Shown here: positions 50,381-63,100 of the stretch, in pieces
Numbering within the stretch: the first letter of the stretch is position 1
How the letters are laid out: the number at the start of each line of letters is the position of its first letter
Assembly: GCA_017654855.1 (NCBI GenBank)
Contig: CM030334.1
Coordinates: forward strand, 806,001 to 870,000
Length of the DNA: 64,000 nucleotides
Direction: 5' to 3'
Origin: Podospora anserina
Lineage: Eukaryota
The notes under the pieces: generated by a model
The model's input: only the letters and a program-made list of their open reading frames with translations
Database searches by the model: none
Told to the model about the DNA's origin: nothing
Position numbers and translations under genes: made by a program

Positions 50381-51916
50381 ATGTGTGTGTGGTGTGAGTG
50401 TACGATACCCTTAAAATGGGTTACTGGATCAGGATAATGTTATGTCAAGGCAAGGAGTTATATTGGTACACGTTGTTTCTACATTCAGACTGTGACACAT
50501 GTTACTATTCGGTGGGACAAGCATTCGGTGGTCTGATGAACCCCTTTACATCTGATCGATCCATCATTTTAGCTCTCGAATTCAGTGATGCTCACCTTTG
50601 AGCCCATGTCTCTGCACCCCCTATGGCAGCTCAGCTTTGTGATCCCGTTTCATGCAACATGGTGTTTTATCACAGTGCCGTTGTTTCTTGGCCCCTAGAC
50701 AAGAGAGCTGATGCACAAATGTGCGTCTTCGCTCCCTCGTCTTGGTGGTCGCGCTTTATCCACCCCTGATGGAAGACGTCCTACCTACCCAATAATGGAA
50801 CGGGTTGAGGATGGCAATTCTGGGGTGGAGGAGGGTGATGAAAGAACTGGGGCTATTGATATGAATGAGGAAAGGTTGGAAGAAGTGGTGGTGTGAGTCG
50901 GGGCTGGCGCTGTGGAGAGATGTGCATGGAGAGAAAAGAAGAAAGAAATAGGAGGAAAATAAGGAAAATAAGAATAGATCAAGAAAGGAATCCTGGGCAT
51001 ATTTATTGAGCTCATGATTGTAATACTTCTGCGGAACCTTCAAGCTGAGACTATTTTGAGAAAGAAAACCTCAATTATTCGTGTGAAGCTCGGAATATAA
51101 ACCTAACCAAGACCCTTGATAAACCTCTCTTGCTCACGAATCAGTTTTCCCGAAAAACTCAAGTGCTCGTAGAGGTTTGGAGGGGCATTCGCGTGTTCTA
51201 TTTGCTCCCTGCTCCCTGCTCATGTAAGTGATGGATCCAGTAGTTGTGTAAGTGGTGTGTCTGAGCAACTGTATGAGCGGGCGGTGAATCCAGTAAAAGG
51301 GGTTGTGAATGGCGACGGTCTGTTCTGGTGCCAGACATACCGTGCCACCAAAGCATGTCCAAGACGGTCCGCATTCCTCATGCCACATCCTTTGTCCCTG
51401 AGATCAGAATACAAAACCACTCCCACAAGTCTAGCGAACTGCCCGCTCTCCCATCTCCGTATCTGCACTTTTAGCCTTCCCCCACCTAGCCAAAATCCTC
51501 CGCAACCTCCCGTGACGTTTCCCCTTCTGCTTAGTCGACGGTGCTTCTGACTCTATTCCACTTACTCTCTCACCGCCAGAAAAAGCTAAGGATATAGTCG
51601 ATCTCCTTCGCAAAGACCTCGTCCTCCGAGACCGCGCCTCAATCGACCACTCTTCTCCATCCTCTCGCTCGCTACCCCCAGCTGAATCAACATCAAACCA
51701 ACCCGGATAGTGGCGGTCCGAGTCTGACCCTCGGTGGCTTCTGCGACCTGCCGAGCGAGAGCGAGGTTCGGACCGGAAACGGCCCCTTCGTGGATGTTCA
51801 AAGGACGAGTCTGTATCGCTTTCCTCCTCAGACATGGACCAGTACGAGCTGCTGACGTCGCTCCTTGGTCGTCGTGGGCGGCGTGCTGATCTGTTTGCTT
51901 TCTTTCTGCCCATGAG

Positions 51917-54900
51917 TCAGAGCCCAATGGCCACCAACATTGGTAGTGCAATACACATGAAGAGTGTGTTGCCAATACGAGATAGAAAGCGGCGGATCCC
52001 AGTCAGAAAGTGGTGGAGCGGGTAGTCAGTGATGTATCTGTCATTCCAACGGCTACCACTGAAAGGACTCCGTCTGCTCCGTTGGAGATACTGTTGCCAC
52101 TTCCACAGGCGACGAAGCCCTGGGATATGGGTGTGAAAGGTGAACGTGCCAAATAGTTTGGCGTAACCGGGATCGTTGCTGCCGGCAGAGTGCCTAAGCG
52201 GTCCAAACCAATTTAACCATCTCCCATGTTGGACGGGTTTGTTCAAAGAGGCAGTCTTTCCTCGGGACTTTGGCGGTGGCAATTGATGATCAACAACTGT
52301 GGTTTCCTTGTCTGAGTCGTAATCGCCGGTACGTAGTATAACCCCAGGCTGACCGTCGACACCAGGAGCCTTGTTACCACCGCCTTGTGCGTCCTTCTTT
52401 TTTACAAGGCGACGATATGCCTTCCGAACAGCGTCAGACAGGTCGTTCACGTAAACCGCTATGATGACTAGTGGTGTGAAGATGGAAGCAGAGATGCCAA
52501 CTGTGACATGGTCCAATGTTAGCACTCAGTGATTTGTAGACGACAGTTTCTGCGAGCTTACACAGATAACCGCAAACTTGACCGAGCGGCCACGAGGTTT
52601 CTTCTGAGGCCTCATCTTTGGGGAAGATATCGACGTCCAAAGCAAAGAAACTGGCCATAAAAGATAGCGGCAGCTAGGGTTTCCCATGATTAGCATCAAA
52701 ATACCAGGAACAAAGCGCCGGACAACCTACAAAGATGGCTGTCACAATTGTGAAGAAGAGAATTGTCTGGGCGACTCGTCAGCAAGGACATCATAAGATG
52801 GGAACTTGGAACCTCACATTTCCCTGTCTCTGCGTTTCTTCCGACCCTTCACGTGAAAATCGCGCCTCCCAGCCGTTCGCGTGTTTCTGTTTCAAGTCAA
52901 GAAGACTTTCCAGCTGTCATTGAAGGTTAATAACGGCGAAGGCTCTCAGGGCCTTTTTGCGCCAAAACTCACCAAGGATTGGACTTTTTCGGCCACTTCC
53001 AACATGTTTGTGACGACTCGGATGTGACCTTGAACGATGCCGAGGGTCCCATACATCAGGTCAGGGTGGGTGAGGAGAGCTTTCTGCTTCTTCGTTTCTG
53101 GCTTGTTTAACCGATCTGACGAGGCCGTCGGTCTCCGTTCCTCCTGATCTCGCCTTTTCGCCTCTGGGCTTTTTGTCAGTTGTGGTGGGGGTCCTGCCGC
53201 CTGTTGTTCAGATTGTCCTTCCTTCCCCTTCCCCTTTAACTCTCCTTGGCTTGAACTTCGAGCGAGTTCTCCACCGTTGGAGTATTCACCACCTTGTATT
53301 GAACTGTCGGTTGGGAGAGTTCCAGTGGCCTGTTGATGGCACAGGACCTCTTGGAAGTGAACATGCCTAGGTGGCACATCTGACCCAACCTTCGAGGTAT
53401 CGTTTACTACCGGCCCCTGCCCAAAGGCTCGAAGCAAGTCCCTTACTAAACCTTCAATCTTACGGTTCCGCAGCGGCTTATCGGCGTCATCTTCCTCGTC
53501 GCTTTCGTCATCTCTCCCTTTCTTAGGGTAGAGTAGCAAAAGACTCTGAAGCACCGTCTCCTGTTGTGACAAAATAGGCTTGATAATGGTTAGCTCATCC
53601 TGGATGTCCATAATCTCAATGAGAAGCTTTGTCTCCTCGTCAAGGCGTAAGAGGGACTCGATTTCTTTCTTCTTCTTTTTTGGACTGAGGTTTCCCTTCT
53701 CTAATCGAGTGGTAATTCGACGAAACTCGTCAAAAAGGAGGTTCTGCTTCTCAGACACACTGTTGATGGAACCTCTGAAGCAATCCTCAAAACGAAACCC
53801 CGCAGGCCCCTTCCGCTTGCAAAAGTCAAGGCTTGTTCTGAGAATCAGGCGGAGCAGGTGTTCGGCCGAGCGGATGAGTGGTCTTTCTTTGTTGCCTCCA
53901 AGCTCGGCCATTAGGGCCTTCATGAGATCGTAAGACTCGTCTCCATTCCATGTGGTTGGAAAGCTCGTGATGACGGTCCCTTTGATCAGGGTCAGTAGGC
54001 TATACCATGTAGCGTGTTGGCAGACGTACCTTTATAGAGAATCCACACCCACAGCTGATCAACCATGATGATGGGTCTGTCCTTGGCCTTGTCGCATGCC
54101 TTTGTGTCCTTGGCCCATTTATAAGCAACCTGACTCTTGTCTCTTGTCTCAGTCGAGCTTAGCATGTAATAAGAAAACTGATCCAGCGTGCGGCGACAAT
54201 GCACAGGCTTGGGCGAACGTAAGTAGCCGTCTAACAGAAGCGATTGATTGCTAGCAGGCATGACATTCCGAAGCAGTTTGGCAGCATCCTTGAACGGGCT
54301 ACTGGACGTGGAATAATATGAAGAAGAGACTTCGCTTCTTCTCTTAGCATGCCTTGAAGGCGACGACTTGGATGCTGCAGCCTCTGAAATTACTTTGTCT
54401 TGCTGTGAGGTTTTCAATTCACCGGAAGCATTCGAGATGGCGTCGCTGAGATACTTGCGGTGCCGGTGACATTCGAAGCCGAAAATGGGTAGCTACCAAG
54501 AGTCAGCATGTCTGTTTCTCGCCCAAGACTCGATGGTCCACCAGACTTACAAAAATCACGATGGCATCAGACTCCTTTGACTCGGACACACTAGATTGGC
54601 TAGACCCCAATTTATCAACAGCGGCAACATCTCCAGGACCCAAGGTAAGCGTAATTCCACTTTCTGAAGAGCTTCCTCGTCGGACTGCGTTCGGCCTTTC
54701 AGTGGACTGCGTCTTTTCAGGGAGTCCATGGGAATGTTTATATCTCTTGGCTTGCGGCATCATGTAACGATCGATCACAGGAGAACCTGGAGTTGTCAGT
54801 AAGAGACTTCATGGTACACGTTTGGACAGCCATGACCGAGGGTGCGGGACTTTGAGAGCACTCTGTACAAGAACAAACTGACCTTGATGGCGCTGACCAC

Positions 54901-57370
54901 CCATGGAACCGTCCTGGATACCTGAACTGATCAATAGGTCCTAGTGAGAATAAGCCAACTGGTTGATCAACGCACAGGCTATGGAAAAACAGGTACGTAC
55001 ATGGACCCATTGCTCCTAATAGGTATGACAGTCAGCGTTTCTGCGACTTGGAATGTTGTGCAGGGACACTTACATTGTTGGCAGGTAAATGCACCCAACG
55101 ACACAATGCCTTCTCTCTCGCTAGGCTGTCTGGCCGCGACATGTCGAGCGTACGGGTTACCCCGAGATCCCCGCTGTAGATTACGTCTGTCACAGTTGCA
55201 AAGTCCCAATTGAACTTTTCAGACCACTTTGACCCACGGCGTTTCGTTTGCATGAATATCTCCAACAGGAACATGTCAAAGACATCGCATGCCGAGGCCT
55301 GTGTCGAGCCAGGCTCGGGATTGGTGACTCTCTCTAACACGTGATTCATCGTTAACGAGTTCCCTACGATCAAGTTTTTCCTCAACCGCTTGATCCATGC
55401 ATTCTCAAGTCCAGTTGCGTAGTGCCAGGGGGAGTTGCCGAGAATATCCTTGTCATCCACTTGCAAGCCCGTGTTAGCCTTCACAAGTAGCTTGATTATC
55501 TGCGTGAAGACGGCCTTCTTGGCGTCTTTTTCCTGGACTGCCTGGCGAATGGCCGTCGTCAGAGGGGATCTCCCGTTGTTGTCCTTTTCTGTAAGCGACG
55601 CCTTGCCTTTGTAGACAAGATTCTTGACAGCGCTTGAATTGCCTGCTTCCACCGCGAGGTGTAGCGGGGTCAAGCCTTTTTGGTCTTTGAGATTGACCGG
55701 AAATCGTTCCTTGGAAAGATCTGGATGACGCGCTCGCAGTACTGTGGATTGTGCGGTGCAGTGCTTGACGAGGATAGAACGCTTAATAATCTCGACCAGA
55801 GACTTGAAGTCCTCATCCTCATTCCCGTCGAATCTGCTAAGGCGGTGGGATGTTCTGGATCTTCTCTCTAGCAACATCACTGACGGGTGTTTGGGGACAA
55901 TTGCTTGTCGGTGGGTAGTTAGTAAGCGTGGTAATAATTGAAGTGAGCTCTGGTAAGGCACTACTGACCCTGTCACCCTCTTTCACTGGGAGGTAGTGCC
56001 ATGCTAGGCAAATCTGATTTGCCGAGGCGGTGCTTGAGAATGTGTTCCACAGATAAGAACCGTCGATCTTTCTGCTGTCTGAGGCCTTGATCAAGCCCAA
56101 ATCGCCGTTATCGCTGCTTCCAAACCAGTCGTCTGTCCAGGTTCTGTTTGATAATTGGCTACGACTGCGCGGGTACAGCTCGAGATCTGAGGATTTGCTA
56201 GGAGAAGGCGCATCCATCAGAAGCACGCCAGCAACTAAGCCGAGATGTATACTTGATTTGGTGTCATCCGTCTCCGCCAGTCGAAGTTTGACGACGGCCC
56301 GCTGAGCAATAAGCGCGCCAAACCCAAGGCCTATGAAGACGATAGGCACCTCTGCGAACCCAGTTTCACCCGGAGGTCGCAGTTGTGCGAGACGTTCGAG
56401 CAGGTCCGCCGCTTTCTCGTCGAGATATTTGAATGGTCCGTTGGAGGCGGTCTCTATGTCAGAGTACGTGTAGCACAGAACTCGGGCACGCTGAATCTCT
56501 GCTGGCAGCATGTGGGGGTCGGTCAGCCAGTTGACACGTCTTTCTGTCCCACGATCGGAAGATGGCCTATCTGTCGACGGTTTGTTTGGGGCACCAGCAT
56601 CAGTGACGTTTACCGGCCCTTGGTTCGAAGTATCTGGCTTGCTAACCGGCGCATCTTGTGGCTGCTCATCTTGGTCTCGCGGCGAGATCGGACGTTTGGA
56701 CATCTGTTGACTTTCCAACCTGGTCTCAGCTTCAGCATCATCAGTACCTCCAATGTCTGTCTCCGGAACCGTTGGGAGCCATGATAAGACAGTTGACTGG
56801 ACCATTTCATATCTCCCTCGCCGTTGACCAGGCGCAGGGCTACCATCGCTACCCAGTTTGCGGGCTTCATCAAGGCTTGTCTTGAGAATTGATGTCGTGT
56901 TCACCAAGCGCCGGGGGTCGTTCTGGCGTCGCTTAAGCTTTTTACGATGAACCCAGGCCGTTTCCAGTGCTTCGCCAATGTCGTGGATTGCAATGATGTC
57001 GACGCACGGCATATAATGGTTGCCTGTCGGGTAGGAGACATGAAGTTCCGAGAACGGCTATAGGCGTTAGTTAGTAATGCATTTCGCGTCTGATTTAGTC
57101 TCAGTTGCTCACCCTAAGAATACTGGTCACAGCATTCCCGAACTCCTGTGTCTTGTTGATGGCGCTGGGATTGGTTTGGTTTGCCTCTCCCTGAGTGGGT
57201 GCACCTGGATCCTGGGGGTTATCAGGAGTCTTTGGTGTTTTCTGCAGATTGAGGCGCTCGCGAATCCTTGCCGGTATGGATTGGTTAGCTGGCAGTGGCC
57301 TGGAGTCGTCAACGCTGCCTGATTCCAAGGGATTCGCGTTTTGCATGGGCCCCTCGCTTGTGGTCGTCAT
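51917..57370 (-). CDS. ~12-exon protein: SesB-like alpha/beta-hydrolase fold + ankyrin repeats + CorA-like transmembrane domain; may extend to 51431 past one in-frame TGA
   Basis: Hydrolase-like: CVDIIAIHDIG, NWLTDPHMLP...ARVLCYTY, PIVFIGLGFG. Ankyrin: DQKGLTPLHLAVEAG, DNNGRSPLTTA, DILGNSPWHYA. CorA-associated: RWVHLPANN|EQWVH|DL, HCRRTLDQFSY, IMVDQLWVWIL, TVITSFP, EIMDIQDEL, LLDLKQKHAN...RQGN|TILFFTIVTAIF|LPLSFMASFFALDV. Most junctions are canonical and in phase; the one at ~55900-55975 is not resolved. Confidence 0.8.
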
Positions 57371-57899
57371 CGCTGGACAGGCGGTTTAGCTGAACCCCAA
57401 CAACGCTGCGAAGAAATCAGCTTTCGTGCGACTACCATGACCGCTGGATGGCGAATATATGTTCTAATCTTGCCCTGAGCCGTTATGGACAGGACCCTGT
57501 CCTCATGGAATGAGCAGCAGGCGTTCGTGGCGTTCCATTGACGGCTTGGGGGTCATGAAATGGGCTGAAACGCGATTCAATTGGTCCAAGAAAAACGTCA
57601 ATGAAACGCATATTGGGAACACTGCATTTGGTGTTGTCGAATTCAGCTATGATGAGCTGAAAACCGCGCAAAGGTTCGCAGAGCCTTGCTATCGGAGTGC
57701 TTTGATTTGTGTGCGCTTGATGCGGGTGGCATGACTCAAGGGGTCCCAGCTGCATGTTGCGTCTGCATGTTCGGCATGTTTTTGTGGTACGCTGTCATAC
57801 TTGTTGCTGGTTCGGGGCGGAAGAGTGAGGCTGGAGGGAAATCGCCCATGCTTTGAACTCGTTGATCATTTGGAAGTCAGCAAAAGTATAATGAGGGAA

Positions 57900-60170
57900 C
57901 CCACCCTAAGAGAAAGGCGGCGGGCCGCAATGGAGAATAAGGTTCTCATCCTGGTGGGACACGATATCCCACCCACCACCCTCTCGTTTCCGTTTCTTGA
58001 TTACGTTATTACGTTGCTCGACCCGAGCTTCTGGGCAGCTGTTCTCTGCACCCCTGCGCAGGTTGTTCCGGGAAAAGGTGCCCTTCGCCTGCATTGATCA
58101 AGACATCAATCGACGTTAGTTGGGTTCCATGTTTTTGGGTGACCGATTGAACACAGATTTCAGCTTATGGCCCTCTCTGAGTTCGGATTCGCCGCAAATA
58201 TCTCCATAATGCCTAGCTTAGTTAGGAGCTCAAACCGAGTAGCATTGGACCCCTACGAAGAATGCATCGGGTATGTATTCACGATGATGGACTTGCCAAA
58301 CGGAGCAGACTTACCTGAAGAAGCTCAATCAGCGCTTGCCATCTCTCGGTGAAAGAAGTCATAGACCTGGTAGTGCAACCCTCTGTGGGCCTTCAGCACC
58401 CCGATCCCACCGCGAGACATCCTGATCACAGCCAGCTAAAAAACAGTGTCAACATTTCGCCGCCTTGAAAGGGACCTCGACGACGGTTCTCTTCTTTTTC
58501 TACGTACCAAAGTACCATAGGCTGCAAACTCGACTTGGTCCGGATGACGCTCACAGATCCCCTTGCTCGGAAAGCTTTCTTCGCCAGGATACAGGCAGTG
58601 GTGAGAACTCCCCAGAGAAGCTTCTTCTTCTCCTCCTTCGCTTGGTCCGCGGAAGGGATAGCGGTCCTGTTTGATAACCAATGGAATGATCCAGGCCTTT
58701 GGAACCGAACGGGCTGTAGACTCTCAACCCACTTGGCTTGGTAATTCTTCTTGGATTCGGGGTAATCAGCTGCAATGATATCGTAGAGCTGTTTTTTGAG
58801 AGCTTACTTTTCGGCATCCGATGTTGCGATATTGTCCTTGTTCCGGTCACCGTTGTAGATGTTGGACGCTTCGATCATGAGAGACCAGAATCGTCCTCGT
58901 TCTTGATGAAGCCGCCGCGCTCTCGGTCGGTCGGCAAAAGCAATACTCAGAAGTCACATCATTTTGAATTCATTGATAGAATACAGCAACCTCTTCCAGC
59001 TCCCTCCTATCTATATGTCTCCTGTTTTCGGCTAACAATTGGTAAATACGAGACCCTTAAACCCGGGAAGGACCAGTTTATCTACTGCCTCAGACACATC
59101 ACTTAAAACTCCACGAAGTAAAAGAAGAAAGACCAAAGAAAAGCAATGCCAACGTCTTATTGGGTTGTTTCCCCAAGCAACTAGGCACCTACGCGACCAT
59201 TAGATGGGGAGAATCCCGCAAGACAAGGTATCGCCTTTCAGAGAGAAAAACTGTCCAAACCTCGGGAGCTTCTTGAGATACGATAGAGGAATATAATCAA
59301 GGTACTTGGGCCCACCAGTTGCCATAGTCCAAATCTTGTGAACCATCGTGCCGATCGCTGTCCTCGGCGGGGTCTTCGTAGATGGGATCAGCTCTAGGGT
59401 CTGAATTCAAATCAGGATCCAAGATGTTGAAATCAATGACGTTGAGGCCAAAGGGATTCGGGATATCATCAACGGAGAACCTGGTCCCAAACATATCGAG
59501 GTTGGCGGGATCGAAACCGGCAGGATTGTAGTCGATGTTGCCGGACACTGAGATTGATTGTTGATCAAATCGGGCTGTTGCGAGTGGGATACAGTGCCAT
59601 CGGCCGTAGCTGTATCAAGTGGAGTGTCATTAGTTGGCAGCAACATAATGGTTGACGGGGGCACCGAAACGACCAGGAGAGTTGGCAGCGATGTTATTGT
59701 CAACATGCGCGGCCAAATGATTAAGCGGGTTGGCACCAGATTGGACAGTACCACTCGCAGCGAATTGGTTAGAGATACCAGGAAGAGAATTGGTATCGAT
59801 GGTTCTGTCGTGAGCGTTTTCCGGACCAGAATGAGGATGCTGATTGAACCTCGCATGGCGGCTAGGACGTGGATTGTACCCACAGAATCCTGGTGGTTGA
59901 AGTTACCTCCGGGAATTGAGCGATCGACGGAATTCAGGCCAAAGCTTTGCTGATGGTTGATGACCATACGCAAGTTGTTCAAAAGGTCACTGATCGTTTC
60001 CAAAGTATTCATCCAACCCGGTGAACTGGTCACCACGAGATATGTAGTTTAGATTGTAATAATTGTAGTTTAGATCATCTTAATCGGCGACAGGTGGTCC
60101 CAAATGGTCCGTAGGGTTAGGAGTTGACATCGCAACCTGATCCGTGAAATCCGAAGACACCTGTTCATCA
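57900..60170 (-). pseudogene. Possible heavily decayed gene remnant(s)
   Basis: Protein-like fragments in shifting frames: N/D-rich NQFAASGTVQSGANPLNHL and SGNIDYNPAGFDPANLDMF, then DQVEFAAYGTL, TSFTERWQALIELLQ followed by a GTAAGT donor, and GIMEIFAANPNSE. There is no continuous ORF. Confidence 0.3.
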
Positions 60171-63100
60171 ATGGTCAGGTTCTTTGAGTGTGTGATTTGT
60201 GTAATCGAATGCCATTATCAGTGAGGTCGTGCGATGAAGTCGCTGTCCTGCGAAGAAGATGGTGCCTTGGGAGAGAGAGAAGTGTTCAGAGAAAGCTTAA
60301 CAGAAAGGCAGCGGGAGTGAGAGAAGACGACCTGGGAGTGAGGGCTCTGAGAGAAAATAGATCTTACAAAAGTGGCCCTTCGACGCCGACAGTGCTGTTC
60401 ATACTGTCCGACCAATGTGGGTTAGGTACGTCTTATTAAGAGCAAAAGTAACCACTCTGCGCTTGAGTGACCTACTGTTGAGAAGAAAAATACCAATGAA
60501 GGAGTTGGAGCAGAAAACTCTCCCGAATTAAATTGCAAAAGGACCGTAGCCTTGTGATAAATCCGAGAATGACCAAAGGAATAACATCAATTTTCAATAG
60601 CAAAACTACCATCAGATAAATTGCAATATATACTGTCGCTCAAGGTTTGGAACATAAAATTAAGTGAACCACAATAACGCAGGTAAAGCATTGAGCATAT
60701 ACCCAATGGAGCAAGACCGCAACTTGAACTGGAGGTGGAATGGCAAGAAACCTTGGTACCTTGTCTGAAGACCTCATGCATGGCAAGTGTCCTGTTTGAA
60801 CATCACGGCACTAGTCATAAGCATGATTATCTACTGTAATCACGCAAGTAATGGGGTATATGAGCCATAGTACAGTGAGACACTCAAACACGGAGGAATA
60901 TAGCCCTGCTCATCAGGCGTGCCATCGAGCAACCGGATGATCACCCTGAACACAGCAGTAGATGACATACTCAAACAGTATTCTGCTAGATCCTCCAGAA
61001 GATCTTGATCTATGACCCATATAGCTGTTATTTTGGCAAACGTGTTTTGGGAGGTTGCTTATCTAGCAAAGGCAAACTAGTTGGTTGTTACCCCTATCAC
61101 CCCTGAGTGCGTTGTTGTCCAGCGCAACACCCCGAGGTCCAACCGGAAACAACCACATCTCCCCCACCTTTGCCAAACTTTAATTCAACCACAACTGTCA
61201 TTCCTCAACCAGCCATGACACAGAAATGGTGTCTGACCTCCCAGGCGCACTCCATAGTCTCCCAGTTGCGCCAAAGTGAGCACACCACTGGCATAACCGC
61301 CAAGCGCAACCCAGCATCTACACCCCAGGTGAGGTGAAGCTCATCAATTGTGGCGCCGCCACTCCGTTTCCTCCACATCAGAGCTGCACAAATGGCCGCG
61401 AATACGTCTCTCCCCCTGCTCCCTCTCAACGCCCGAGATCATGTCAGCGTTCGTGGTCCTTGTATCTTAGCCGGCCGAGTATCTGTGTCTCTCATCGTTG
61501 CGTTCGAACCAGGCTGCTGGGGTTGGAAGGACTGACCAATCAGATCATGGACTGCCTCCCAATCGGGCAGGCGATAGTGGGGTACGCTGAGACATGGCTC
61601 TTGGCCTCGAACTACCTCACCATCGTCAATGCTCTGTGGAGATCTCCATGAGAGAGAGATGTGTCAAGCTGGGTATCCAGGATTGTCGCACTTTGTTCCC
61701 ATCGTGTGCGGAGGATTTGCGATATTGTTTGCCCTTGATGATCCCGGCGCCTGCACAGGGACTTGTTTGTCCTATGCCCTCTGGATGCAGATACCAATGA
61801 CTAGTGGCCGCTTTACGTTGAAGCCTTCATTGTTTGATCGAACTTCAGGGTACTTTGATCTCTGAAATCCATCCCAGACTCGTTCGAGTTCGTTTCGGTT
61901 GTTTAGGCATTAACGCCTTTTGACATGTCATTGAATTGTCAGTATTGCTCCTAATACTGTTTGGTTTACTCTGGTGTTGACCGCGCTTTTGAACAGTATC
62001 CCACTCCCCCATAAAAGGCTATCAGACGTGGCACACATGCTCCCCGTGCGATACCAGATCTGAGATGACAGACGGTTGTTCCGCGATAGAAGTGGGCAAT
62101 GCTGTTAGGGTTGATACTATTCTGGAGTTAAGTTAGAGACGGAATTATAAATTTTGGGTAAGCCAGTCAGTCTTACTAGAGGCTTTAGGGGCTTCCCGTT
62201 CCCAAATGCTGTACCCAGTGTTTCATGACACGGGTCGTGAACTTGGAAAGGGTCGACAAGAAGTCGGACAACCCTAAAGGACCGCTCCGTTCAATTGGGT
62301 CATGATGTTCTTAAGATGTCAGCCACAAATATGACCTTGCAGGAGTGGATAGCTTACCTTGTGTAATGTCAAGAGTTCCAAATCAGGATCACGTTAGGGT
62401 TTGGAGGAAGATTTATCACTATTGCACTTGGTGCCCAACTTGTTTGATGCCTGGTCCGTTATATTACGTTAGGTGTAATTGCTCAAGAAAGAAGACTCCC
62501 TGTGTTCGGAGAGTTGGGATTGATTGTCAGTCGACCCCTCACAGGAAATGGCAAAATGTCGCGACTGAGCCGCCAAACGATTTTCTTTTGCACTCCGAGC
62601 ACCAGGACCGCACACAGCGCTGCCGCCTAGCAAGACGACAATTGGTTTCTTAGATGACATTGTCGTGTAGAGCCTGACTTTTAAGATAGCCGGTGTAATC
62701 GAGAAGTCGTAGGTGGGTTGGGAGGTAATGTCGACAAATACTCGAAGAAAAACCCAAACGGCGGAGAAGCCGCAGTGGCCTGCAATCTTCCCCTATTACT
62801 AGGCCGCACGTTTCAGGCATCATCGACCTTGCCGTTGTCTCCTGCCGCTTCTCTAGCCAAGGGTTTCCGCCGATCATGACCAGTTGGCCAATCTATCCCC
62901 ATGGCCTTTGACAGTTGCCGGGAAGGTGACGGACATGACTTGATGCCGGTGCCCAGTCAGGTCCTGATCTTCAAATTTCACTCCCTGTGATATATGATGC
63001 TGAAAAAGGTCTTGCAATTCCCATCCACATCGCGGATAGGTGGTCTCGGCTTCTCAACTGACATCAGTCTCATCTCGGACGCATTCTCCTCGACTTATTG

